From Lingula anatina (lineage: Eukaryota > Animalia > Brachiopoda), in the NCBI GenBank assembly GCA_051362555.1, contig CM120649.1, positions 4,774,001 to 4,838,000 on the forward strand: a stretch of 64,000 bases of DNA. Reading direction: 5' to 3'. Below are positions 11,744-22,749 of the stretch, one piece after another; within the stretch, counting starts at the first letter, position 1, and each line of letters starts with the position of its first letter. The notes under the pieces are model-generated. The model made no database searches. It saw only the letters and a program-made list of their open reading frames with translations, and was not told where the DNA came from. A program made the position numbers and the translations under genes.

Positions 11744-12247
11744 CTGGAAGAGGGAAATAATATATTTCAGGGTTTATACAGCGAGAGAGAAAGATGTATA
11801 CAGTGATCTAAGTTCCAAGTTTTCTACTGCTGGTAAATCAGTGAGCTCTGAAAGATATCAGGGAGAAACAACATTAAAAAGACACAAGTGAGAAAAAGAT
11901 AATATATTCTCAACAGTGTAAAAGCAAAATTGAACTGATACAGTATCAGAGTCAAAGAGCAACATGTACAAGAAGTTTTCCTGAAATTGTCCCACATTAC
12001 TTATGTGACATATACAACTCAAAACAATCATAAATGGTGGTGGTGTGGCAGATGTCAAGTTTATTTCAAATGATAATTTGGGCAATTTACATACTATAAA
12101 TTTCTCATTTAAGGAGGAAGAGGCTAACTTGTCACACAAAAACTGTTGTCAGCCACACAGTCTCAATTGTAACTAAGACTTGTTCTGACCAATTACATAT
12201 TATTAAATTCTTTGACCAATTTACTGAAGTCATACTCTGGTCCTCAC

Positions 12248-12359
12248 CCGTGTGAATGCTGGTAGTTTTGTAAGCTCTTGTAGCTGAGGTCTCCACTTCT
12301 TCTCATCAGAAAGATCAACATTGGTGCCAAACTTCAGCATCTTGAACTTTTTCTTGTTG
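12248..12359 (-). CDS. KDM6A: KDM6A/UTX exon ([35 protein letters not shown])
   Basis: cag/gtgag, 112 nt. Confidence 0.96.
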
Positions 12360-12739
12360 CTGTTTATAGAAAACACAAACACATAAAAGGATAATATAAT
12401 ACAAGTCGAAGAACAGACAAAAAGACAATATTGATTGTCAGAAAATGAATGTAAGAGATTTGTATTCTGTAAAGGGTAATATTATAGGTATTAAAATATA
12501 CTAGGGCTGGAAAGAAATATAAATCCCTGCGTTTGAGATATTGCGCTTACACGTAACTCTTCCCATATGCATATGGAATGAGAGAAATTCCTTTTCTTCC
12601 CAACACCTTCAGTTTAAAGTAATCTAGATTATTTTATTTTTAACCACTCCCCTGTAAGGTACAGTGCACAGATCATAACATGTAGTGGCCTTCGACCTTA
12701 CAGCATTGCATTAGGTGAGACAACTGACACAATCCTTAC

Positions 12740-12816
12740 CCTTTGCCTCCACCTGAAGAGCTGGAGTCACTGTCACTGTCTCCTTTGAAAATACCCATAG
12801 CTTTGTCTTGTTCCTC
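12740..12816 (-). CDS. KDM6A: KDM6A/UTX exon (EEQDKAMGIFKGDSDSDSSSSGGGKG)
   Basis: tag/gtaag, 77 nt; phases fit both neighbours. Confidence 0.92.
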
Positions 12817-13088
12817 CTAAAACACATAAAAGGAATGATTCTCAATTTTCTCAGTTTGAATATCTCTATGTAAGTAATGCCACTGTCTAATCATTTACAT
12901 GTATCTTTTTATAAAATTATAAAATCAATTCATAAACATTCTAAAAGTACATTTTAACCCTTTTATTCAATCCACCCAATACACACAAAACTGCAGATAA
13001 GTACGATTCTTTTTAATAAATAAAATCTGGCCCTGATCACAAACTGGTTTGAAGTTTCGACCTGATTTTGGAAAGAAAACAAACATAC

Positions 13089-13220
13089 CTTCAATGACTC
13101 CTGAAATGAGGCAGCCTGGTATTGTGCATACTTTGCCACTGAGGTGTGAGATCTGGTGCTGTCACACTTCCACACATTATTGCCATAGATGTCCTGGTTT
13201 TCATCTGGGAGTTGCTTCCT
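13089..13220 (-). CDS. KDM6A: KDM6A/UTX exon ([10 protein letters not shown]...[29 protein letters not shown])
   Basis: cag/gtatg, 132 nt. Confidence 0.96.
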
Positions 13221-13496
13221 CTGAATAATAAATAAATATATAAAAAAATAAATGCATGAATAAATAAATAATTTATTAAATAACTATATTCTTCAATTAT
13301 TACTTTAAATACTACCAATAAAAAAATTAAATATTGAACTTATTCAAAATCATGATGCTACATAGGACTGAAGCAAAATGTTGCATATTTTGTGTGCAAA
13401 ATTAAGATGAGGATGTCTAATTCATAATGTTCTCATATTTCAATCTTACTATTTTACTTCATTTTAGAGGTCCTTTTTTCAAACTCATGCCTTTAC

Positions 13497-13912
13497 CTGA
13501 GATCGAACCTCCATCACATGGTCAGGGTTTGCCTCCACCAGCGACTTGGTCGAAAACAAACTGAGATCCAACTTAAGTGCCGCAGCCAGGCCACGGATCA
13601 CCGCTACAGGCTGCGACAAACAGTACTGCTGCAGCTCAACCGAAAACGCATCCCGCTTGCTCTCCAGATAGAGACTGGGCGTAGGAGGGTTCAGCTTGTC
13701 TTTCGGTAGGGGCGGATATGGCGGGGCGGGAGGGGCAGGCGGGGGGCATCGCTCAGACATAATGCTGGTGTTGGAGAGGCCGTTGCTGCCCAGTCCTTTA
13801 CAGGCGGCCAAGAGCTGAGATGAGCTCATGTTGATGGAGAGACTGGAGGGAGAGAGGAGGGGGCCTGGAGAGCGCCCTGTGGTCCCTGTGTTGATACGAA
13901 GTTCACTGAGGA
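13497..13912 (-). CDS. KDM6A: KDM6A/UTX exon (...[26 protein letters not shown]...[27 protein letters not shown])
   Basis: cag/gtaaa, 416 nt; conserved pre-JmjC segment. Confidence 0.96.
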
Positions 13913-14262
13913 CTGAAATATGAAAGAATAAACAGCATTAATATTAAATGCACACTTATATGTTTTTTCATTGTACTATAATCATAAATGTGGACCCTGA
14001 TTTCTTTACCTATGAAGCACATTTTAATGGAGTAAGCCCCAAATTAAACTACACTATTTTTATCAAAATATTGATCTCTTTGTGTATAATATTACATTTC
14101 ATCCTGTGCGCTTTTATGCTTATTTGTTTCATTAAAAATAATCACTAAAATTAAAATCAATTCAGTTCACATTTCTTTTTTTGGAAAAATGGCAAGTGGG
14201 TCTAGCTTTGGTATCTAGTCAAGTATTCAATCTAAGTGTAACATCTCAGGAAAACCACCTAC

Positions 14263-14979
14263 CAGATGAATCCTTTCCTTCTGTATCTTTCTTATCCCCT
14301 TCTTCAGAGATCTTGTTATTGTCGCCTTCCAAGTTGGTATCCGTCACATGCTGTGATGTCCGTGATGATTCAGAAAATGGTTCCATTTTCGCTCCACCCG
14401 ACACACTCTTAAATAAGTCAGCACTTAATGAGCTTAAATCCGAGTCTATCTGACTGTCTGTCCGCGCCTGTGAATGGTTTCCTTCCATGATACCACCGGC
14501 GCCCTCTTTATCATGACTTTGAGCAAACTGAGCAAGGAGATCTTCTGCAAGGGAGGTAGCAATGTCTTTTTGCGATAAAAGAGCGGTCAACTCCTGATCT
14601 ATGTTTTGTAAATCTTTTGGCAAATCACTGTCTGACAAATCGCCCAGAGTAAGGGAACTATGAGGGAAGGTTCCACCCTGAGAACTCCCTCCCCCTGGAA
14701 AACCAGGCCCTGCCTGTGAACTGGATGGCAATGAGGAGGGAGGCTGCACGTTTGATGGCCCTGCAGCAGTGAGGTGGCCCTGAGGTAATGGAATGTTTGG
14801 TCGCGGCTGTTGTGATGGCGGCTGTGAAGAGTGAGGTAGAGAGTTACGGTGCTGGGCATAAGGCATGTGTCCAGGTCCTCCAGGGAAGTCCCCACCGCCT
14901 GGAAGTGGTGGTCGGAAATTCTGGGAATTAGGAGGAAATCCAGGATGACCAGCTTGCATTGGTCTTGTAGGCACATTAC
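14263..14979 (-). CDS. KDM6A: KDM6A/UTX exon, low-complexity central region
   Basis: cag/gtagg, 717 nt, phase 1-1, within ORF 14246-15073. Confidence 0.9.
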
Positions 14980-15373
14980 CTGGAATTATAAATTCAAATG
15001 TCATGATTTTTAATTTGAAACATTTAATGTCCTTATTTGCAAGACAAATTATTTCATATCTGTCAGTTTTCACTTACAAAAAATTCTTAAAAATTAGAAA
15101 TAAAATCTGTGTGCAAAAACAGAGCAATAAGAGCTCTCAACTGTTAAGTCGAGCACACTTGTGCTTTACAGTCTTGCTGTCTTGGGGTGTAATTAACTAA
15201 GAGAACCGCCCCCAACCTTAATCAGAAAATCCCTGAAGAAAAATCCAATAAAGGGGTATATTAAAGTTAAATTATAATCGGCTAAAAGTGGACAATCTCC
15301 TGAATACCACATCCTTTGGGGTGGAGCAGGTGAAGGAGGAGGAGGAGCCAAACCATATGACTGACAGGTATAC

Positions 15374-15491
15374 CTGGGTAAGGAGGAGGCGGAGTATTAT
15401 GCATGTTCCCTGGCATGTGGCCTGCATGACCTGGACTGTGGGCTGGGCTGGCGTGCCCTGGACTGGGCATATTCATGTGTTGTTGCTGGCC
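15374..15491 (-). CDS. KDM6A: KDM6A/UTX exon (GQQQHMNMPSPGHASPAHSPG...PPPPYP)
   Basis: cag/gtata, 118 nt, phase 0-1. Confidence 0.87.
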
Positions 15492-15729
15492 CTGGAAGAA
15501 AGAATATCTTGATAAGTGTGAGTCTACCTGTGTGGTGTGTGTAAAGTCGTCAAACCTTAACTTAAATTTCTTTTCAACAAGGTTCAACATATTTTATACT
15601 GAGTCAGAGTCACTTCAATGAACAGTGAAATCACATAAAACTATTCAGATCTCAAACACAAGACATGAAATCAATGTCTCTGACAAACATGAAATCACTC
15701 AGTTATTGCTCATACATGAAGTCCCTTAC

Positions 15730-15825
15730 CTGCGCATTCATCATTTGTTGCTGATGTTGCTGCTGCATGTAATACTGCTGTTGTAACTGATGTAACAACT
15801 GTTGATGCTGTGGTGCTAAGTTACC
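15730..15825 (-). CDS. KDM6A: KDM6A/UTX exon (GNLAPQHQQLLHQLQQQYYMQQQHQQQMMNAQ)
   Basis: cag/gtaag, 96 nt; resembles the vertebrate NLNPAQKLMLEQLESQF segment. Confidence 0.9.
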
Positions 15826-16011
15826 CTGGAAATAACAACGTCACAGAATGTCAAGACTTTGTATCAAGAAATGCATATATACAATGTTACATTGATGTAG
15901 CAACTGCTGATGCTATGGTGCTAAGTTACCCTGGTAATACCAATGTTACACAAATGTCAAGACTTTGTATCATGTAATGCATATACAATGCTACACTGAT
16001 GTAGTAACTGA
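15788..16011. repeat. ~105-bp tandem duplication (about 2.2 copies) spanning the splice acceptor of exon 15730-15825
   Basis: tgatgta.caactg.tgatgct.tggtgctaagttaccctgg... at 15788 and 15893, with a partial third copy near 15997. Confidence 0.92.
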
Positions 16012-16315
16012 CAAAAATACTTCTGTTGCCACATTAAGTTATGCACGAGTGTCCATATATAACATATTTATCATTTCTCTCACATAATATATACAACCAT
16101 AAAATATATAAGTAAATGGCCTCACAGTCATTTATGCTGTGTTGCTTCGGTACACTAAAATAACCCATCTTGACCAATATAAGGAATTAATAATAAATTT
16201 GTAAGGTAGCAGCAATGTTTAAAGTTGTCTATTCTCTCTCAATCGATCGATCCAACAACCACAGACAAAAGATGTGATGTATATGTGGGCATAAATCAAA
16301 AGCCATCATAATTAC

Positions 16316-16441
16316 CTGACTTTGCTGCATCAGCAACATGTTCATTTGTTGCATCTGTGGTTGACTGAGGTAAAATGGGGGCACCTGACCCTGGGGTGGA
16401 CCCTGGGGTGGTCCCTGGGGCTCTGGGGTCTGGCTGCTGGA
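16316..16441 (-). CDS. KDM6A: KDM6A/UTX exon (SSSQTPEPQGPPQGPPQGQVPPFYLSQPQMQQMNMLLMQQSQ)
   Basis: cag/gtaat, 126 nt, phase 0-0. Confidence 0.9.
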
Positions 16442-16793
16442 CTGGAATACAATAGGTTACATATAAATAGGCGACTACATCCTCATCTTCATGAAAAACT
16501 ATTACATAAATTATACAGACAGTTAGAAAAATTTAAGGGTTCACTTGTATCTCCACTGACAGAAATATAATTATAGTTCTATAAATGTGTTCCTCTACTG
16601 GATTTCATTTTACAGCTGAATTTATATGTACAGACTTGGAAGACCTTATACAAAGATTATCTGAGTAACTACTGTAACATTTAAAAAGGTATTATTCTAT
16701 ATGTTCAGTTTTGATAGCAAAAGTCAACAAACATCTTGCTTTAAGTTTTTGATTTGGACCCTGCACTTTCTATATATCCACTGGACAGCTTAC

Positions 16794-17336
16794 CTTCTTC
16801 TTCCCTTGACTCTTCCTTCTTTTGGGCGCATTTCCCGGCTGCTCCTGACTCTCCATCTGCTGCAGGGCTGCCGCAGCCGCTGCATTCTGGCTCATCTGCT
16901 GCATGGCCGCCAGGCTACTACTCTGCATGTGACCTCCACCGCCAGATGGCATCCCGCTCGGTCCCATGTGTCGCAGTGGTCCCTGGGGTCCCATGTGGGG
17001 AGGCATCTGTCCCGGTCCATGTCCCACCCCCATCCCCCCAGGCTGCATCTGAGGCATGTGTCCCGCCATGGGCTGGGGGACGGCCCCGTGGGGGTGATGG
17101 GGCCCCAGGGCCTGAGGAGGGGTGGCCGCCCCTGGGCTCATCCTCTGTTGTTGTTGTTGTTGTTGTGAGGGGTGTGGTCCCATCTGTTGTGGCCCTCCCC
17201 TCACCCCATTCATGTTGTTGTTGAAGTGCGGGGTGTTGGCCCCTGGGGATAAGCTGCTGGGGGTGTGGGGGCTGGGGGTATTGGAGTGCATGTAATGGGG
17301 GTGCATCCCCAGCCTCTGCTGTTGAGCTATCTTTGC
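16794..17336 (-). CDS. KDM6A: KDM6A/UTX exon, Q/P/G/M/H-rich region ending in a basic NLS-like motif (PKRRKSQGKKK)
   Basis: cag/gtaag, 543 nt, phase 0-0, GC-rich coding-like composition. Confidence 0.9.
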
Positions 17337-17685
17337 CTGGAAATAGACAGGATTTTAGATTAAACTGATGCTTTGACCTGGGAATGTACAAGTCTGAGTA
17401 TTATCTTGACCAACCAAGTAATAAAAGAGACCTAACAGGCATACTGATATGAGAATACAGATCATACAGAGACTCATGCAAATGACAAAACTGTGAAAAC
17501 AGACAAAAATATAACATAGTATTTATCAAAACACTGAACATGGATCTAACACTTGAAGAAGTGAAAATTTCCTTGGAGAGGCAGATGACAAAATATCATA
17601 TACATTTTAATGAATATTAAAATATACCAGAGAATGAAATGTGGAGGTGGCATGTAGGGATACGGAGGGCAGATTAAGTATTTAC

Positions 17686-17773
17686 CTGTGTGTTCATGGC
17701 TCCTTGTCTTGATGTCAGCTCTGCTGGGATAGGCAGACTCCAGGCTTCTTCTATACTTGGCAATGGCTTGTTC
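17686..17773 (-). CDS. KDM6A: KDM6A/UTX exon ([29 protein letters not shown])
   Basis: cag/gtaaa, 88 nt; diagnostic UTX motif in a different frame from the ORF track. Confidence 0.97.
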
Positions 17774-18125
17774 CTGGGAGAAAAAAAAACGTTCATTCAC
17801 CTCATGTTCAAAACAACAATGTTGTCAAGAACGAATTTTTATATCTTAGACTAACATGACAATTTGTGAAGCATTCTATCTTAGCCTTTTCCTTAACAAA
17901 ACTAATAATGATAATTACTAACGGTGATTACTATTCTATCTCTGGAAAATAATCCTTCGATAAACTGAGTTTTTTATGTAACACGGATAATAACCTATAG
18001 TTTCTAAATGTCTGCTAAACAGAACATAGCTTGTATTAAAGACTTCAAAAAGTATTCCAAGTGGAAAAAGTTGTTATTCTATTAATCTGTACTGGTAGTA
18101 AGAGGGTAATTATAATTTCCCTTAC

Positions 18126-18210
18126 TTTGGCTGCAAGTTCTCCATTGGGATATTGCTCAGCTGTTGCTGGAGGAACTTGATGCGATTTTGCAGATTAGAA
18201 TTCATGTAGG
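18126..18210 (-). CDS. KDM6A: KDM6A/UTX exon (YMNSNLQNRIKFLQQQLSNIPMENLQPK)
   Basis: cag/gtaag, 85 nt. Confidence 0.94.
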
Positions 18211-18653
18211 CTGGAAATAACAAAACATAAAAATATCGGACCCATCTCATCAATTCAATTCTTAGCTGACTTTTACTACAGGTGTTATAGACAGTGTAAA
18301 TGGATATTATTCAGATGAGTTTACATAGTTCTAAATGGAATATCATAAAATTTCATTTTTAAATATTTTAAATTGACTACCTTTAGTCCTTAACCAGAGG
18401 AAATTCTAATTTCAATCAGTTTTTTACTTTATTATTTGAATAATATGCATGTCTATCACTGTCCCACCTTCCAATTATTTCCCCCCAATTCACATTTCAT
18501 AGTGGAAGAAGAAAACAAGACAAACTTATCAATTATTGCAAACATTTGCAAAATTATTTGTAAACATGTATCAAACAGAACACAAATCATATTTAAAATC
18601 TCAAATGTTTCACAGCCTGTCTAAAATAATAATTAAAAAAATCTCAGAAATAC

Positions 18654-18829
18654 CTTTATTATTTTTAGCAGCATTGATATAGCACGTCAACGCATCTTTC
18701 AACTGGTTCACGCTTTCATACAGCACTCCCAGGTCTGTCCACGCGGCAACATGTGACTTGTCTAACTGTATGGCGCAGATATAGGCCTGCAAGGCATCCA
18801 TTGGCTGATTCTGCTGCTGGTAGAGTACT
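18654..18829 (-). CDS. KDM6A: KDM6A/UTX exon, TPR ([23 protein letters not shown]...)
   Basis: tag/gtatt, 176 nt. Confidence 0.97.
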
Positions 18830-19278
18830 CTACACATTAAAATAAAACCTAATTAGTAAATTTTATGGGTGCTGAGGTCAATGACATCTAGTAGATGGCA
18901 ATAAACCTGTTTTTCAAATACGGGAACTTCAATCAAGTTTCAAACATGCAACTCATTTTAGTATTTAAATTTTACATGATTTATAATCTCTTTTAGTCAC
19001 AGAAACATAGCTTATTTGAAGCCAACTTAGTTTTCAATATTTTTTAACTGTCCCCCCCTCCCTCCTTCTAGTCATTAGACAAAATATTGTGTTGCAAAAT
19101 GCAAATTTTGATTAATACGTTATGGGGCTACTAAAATGTTGAACTTTAATCAAAATTCACTAATCAGAAATGAAATCAACTTTTAAGATATTTCAAACAA
19201 AACACCACTTGCAGACATCAATTTACCAAAAAAAAAAAAAAAAAACAAAAAAAAAAAACTTGCTTCCATTCCACTCAC

Positions 19279-19504
19279 CCAATAGAGCACCACGTATCAG
19301 CATTGGCCTCCGATTTATCTATGGACTGCCTGTATGATACAAAAGCATCGTGAACTTTTCCCACGTTGGAAAAACAGCGTCCAAGGAAGTACCAACTCTG
19401 GCCGCTGGACGGGTCAGCCTCAATGGACTTCTGCAGACACTGGACAGCGATGACCTCGCGAGCTTGCTTCTCTCCTAACTGGTCTATGCAGTGGTGCATC
19501 CAGC
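19279..19504 (-). CDS. KDM6A: KDM6A/UTX exon, TPR (WMHH...[10 protein letters not shown]...DTWCSIG)
   Basis: cag/gtgag, 226 nt. Confidence 0.97.
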
Positions 19505-19515
19505 CTGGAGGTTAC

Positions 19516-19570
19516 AGGTCAAAGGTCATCATTATAAGGTCAAAAGTCATCAGTTAAAGGTCAAAGGTTA
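19516..19570 (+). promoter_or_regulatory. Three DR1-type (AGGTCAnAGGTCA) elements at a 21-bp period
   Basis: aggtcaaaggtca 19516-19528, aggtcaaaagtca 19537-19549, aggtcaaaggtta 19558-19570. The motif is seen directly; function is unproven. Confidence 0.4.
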
Positions 19571-19891
19571 GATGTCACAATGCATCATGTGTTTTGGACA
19601 TCTCTTCACAAAAGTTTCTACAAGATATTTTACGTTATCTTTTTGCCAGAATCATTCTGGGTCCAGATGATCAGCCTTTCTGTCTGCCTTGGCTCGATTG
19701 TGTGTATTTTCATTTCTCCTTTCAGTCATTCTATCATTTACTTTACTGTATGCACTCATTCATTAAAAGGTTTATCTATTCTTTGCATTTGTTTTTCTGA
19801 TGTTTTTCCATAAGTATTTTTACTCAACAGTACAAACCCCATTCTCTTCATGTTGGTCAATTCAATGCCATTAACTCTTAAAATTACTTAC

Positions 19892-19985
19892 CAAGCTGCC
19901 TGTAGATATTGGCCTTGACAGTGTTTGGCAATCCCTCAGCTTGTAGCAGTTGTTCATAGGCCTCCTTAGCTTGCTTGGGCTTGTT
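19892..19985 (-). CDS. KDM6A: KDM6A/UTX exon, TPR (NKPKQAKEAYEQLLQAEGLPNTVKANIYRQLG)
   Basis: cag/gtaag, 94 nt. Confidence 0.96.
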
Positions 19986-20430
19986 CTGAAATAATAATTA
20001 ACATGGTGATCAATTTCATCATAAATCTAAGTGAAGAGTGTTTTACCTTAGTTTAAATATTACTCATTTCTTTTAAGTGTATGTGTATTCTTTGTGCATG
20101 TGCTAGTGTGTAGGCAAGTGCATTTGTAAGTGTGTGTGTGCGTGCCCATGCGCGTGTCTGTGTGTGTGCATGTGTGTGTGTGTGTGTGAGAGAGAGAGTA
20201 AATAACATAATTATAATGTAAACAATTTGTAATACTTAGGGCATTTGGTTACAAAATATAGAGACAGGAGAATATTCAGGAACAATATCAACACTCACAC
20301 ACACACAAAAGATAATTTAAAAGTTGACTACGATTTCCATAAGAGTGCTGTTACACTGCTCCTGATAGGGTAAGATGTGCCCATGTGTCCATGTAACCTT
20401 GGTAATTAAGTTCTTAGTCTGTATTCTTAC

Positions 20431-20465
20431 CTGGATCTCAAGCAGGTGGGCTATGTGGAAACGAA
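20431..20465 (-). CDS. KDM6A: KDM6A/UTX 35-nt exon, TPR ((I)RFHIAHLLEIQ)
   Basis: cag/gtaag; resembles vertebrate IQFHIAHLYETQ. Confidence 0.94.
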
Positions 20466-22700
20466 CTGAAAATCAAACAAAAGAATCACAGTTAAATATC
20501 AGTTGGAGCCATATGCTTGGCAAATGCTAAGTTCCAATTAATGAGGATTCTCTCTTTGAAAGAAAAAATAGAAAAGAAAAGAAAAACTCTAGCTCTAGGC
20601 AACTTTCAACAATACATGTCATAAGACAAAATATGAAATGCAAAGTGATCAAGAGGTCTCCATAAAGACAACACATCTTTTGGTTGTGCCTATCATAATA
20701 ACTACCACATTACAACAGGTTGCAAATAAAAATGAACACTTAGACAATAGGACCTTGCTCAAAATTCTGACTACACTCCTCATATGGTATTTGTCCCATT
20801 ATATATATATATGTATATATATATTCTGTCCCTTTAAGGAGATACTAGGCCCATTTACACCTGTACCAGGACAAGATCGCTTCTGGTGCACATACACTTA
20901 AAGAAAACAAACCTGGACCCTCAGTGTTTGCCTCAAATGACTACAAGTTTAAACATGCCTCTATATTCATAATTCAATATCCATAATCTCGTTTCACCTG
21001 ATAGGAGCCTTTGTATGTTATCTCTGACCCAGTTATTACCACACACATACAATACCAAGTCAAATGCTCCTCATAATTCTCTTCGTTCTTTTCTACGAGA
21101 GGACTTGGCCTGAGTAATGGAAGCTGTGCTAGCCTCAGCTTACAAAATGTCTTTACAAGTTATGTTTGTTAAATTTCTATAACGAATCTACAGTGTCTAA
21201 CCAACTGAAAAGCACTGCAACAATAATAAAGTTGGCCTAACAATGACTTTTGTTGGAGCAAGCACTTTTCCACTTTACACCATCTTGTGAAAATAGAACT
21301 TGCTCGTAACTTAACTTTTTTTTTGCTTATATTACATCCTGAAAGGATCTTTACAATAAATATTGGTATCTCCTTAAACACTGAAAAAAGTGAATTTTAC
21401 TTCATTTATAATAATAACAATAATGATGATAATAATAATAATAATAATAATAGCTATCATAATTTCTATAACTGGCATTTTGACCAATGAACACAAATAT
21501 TAGGTACAAATAGACACTGATGAAGAATTACTTTTCACAGGCCTTCCAATCCCATCATAATCAGCTCCCAAGAATAACAGCAATAAGATCCACTTGAACA
21601 CCCAGTACAACTGGCACAAGGTATAACACAAATATTATTCCCTTTTTAAAACAAAAATACAACAGCGCCTGTTCTTCCTGCCTACCACCTACCTTCAACA
21701 CGTGTCGCTCTTTATGCTATGATATTTCACAGCAGAAAACACTAGAAATTTTTCATTCACGTGACCTGATAGGTATATTGCACTTGGAAGTTGTGCACTA
21801 TATCAGCGTAAATGCTGTCATTTCCCAGTACAAATCAGCCTTTTGTGGCCAACCTCAACCACAGAGCACTGTTAGCGAAGGTCATAAGAGCCCCCGTGTA
21901 GCTAGGAACGAAAGTGAGATGCAAATGAGGACAGAGCCGTTATCTGCTGGATGTGTAGAACAAAGACTTACGGTAAAAACTTGAAAATTTTGTTACTTAA
22001 AAATTATTTATAATAATATTTTGAAATGCATGAATCTGGCATGACCAAATTAGGTGACAATCTTTTTAAAATTATTAAGTTTGACAAAATTTTCAAAGCA
22101 AAAAATAAAATTGCGTCGGCAAAGAATTTTCTTCTAAAAAAATGTTCAAGACCAACTGATTTTTTCATTTGCTAGATCTAAGGAAGGAATTGAGAGTTTT
22201 TTCCAGAAGAAAAGGAAGTGAAAACTTTCATAGAAGGAGGAGGAGGTAGATGTTTAAAACAGACCTATCATCTGCTAAGTTTAAGGAAGGAGTTGAGAGT
22301 TTTTCTAAAAGAGAAGGAAGTGAAAATTTTCTCAGGACGAGGAGGACAGGGATGGGGGGGGGGGATCAGTTGTGTTCTCTGAGGAAGAAGAGAAGAAAAC
22401 TAGTTACCATTTGTACTCTGAAAAGAAAAATAATAAAAAAAAACCTTTCTCTTTCCCTTATTAACTGGGAAGAAGGGAGAGGGGGAATAAAAGCATGCAA
22501 TTTCAAACTTCATCTTTGTGAGCAAAAAATATAATTTTAGCCTATCTATGCTGTCAGTTAAACGATGTCTTAAAAATTTATTATGGAATTATTTACAACA
22601 AAAATTTTATGTTAAAACCAACTTTCAACCCATGTTGAAGCAGGGCTCTGAAAGGGCCACTTTTGAAATAGAAATATGACCAATGCCACACCCTCTGACC

Positions 22701-22704
<4 letters not shown>

Positions 22705-22746
<42 letters not shown>
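22705..22746. repeat. (GA)n microsatellite
   Basis: Direct reading. Confidence 0.95.

Positions 22747-22749
<3 letters not shown>

Noticed and set aside
15282-15373. Proline-rich-looking sequence after the donor at 15373 (GLAPPPPSPAPPQR in a shifted frame)
   Set aside because: Out of frame with the exon; the in-frame reading is an implausible Leu run, and the alternative donor is weak.
16701-17391. Several long overlapping ORFs in alternative frames and on the plus strand
   Set aside because: Shadow ORFs of a GC-rich low-complexity KDM6A exon.
17546-17800. ORF-track peptide with PPYPYMPPPHF
   Set aside because: Wrong frame; the true exon frame gives the conserved [21 protein letters not shown] and meets a stop 3 codons into the intron.
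21766-21807. tattgcacttg (first 11 nt of miR-92) inside a weak hairpin
   Set aside because: The match stops after 11 nt, lies on the 5' arm and runs into the loop; the stem is too short for a pre-miRNA.
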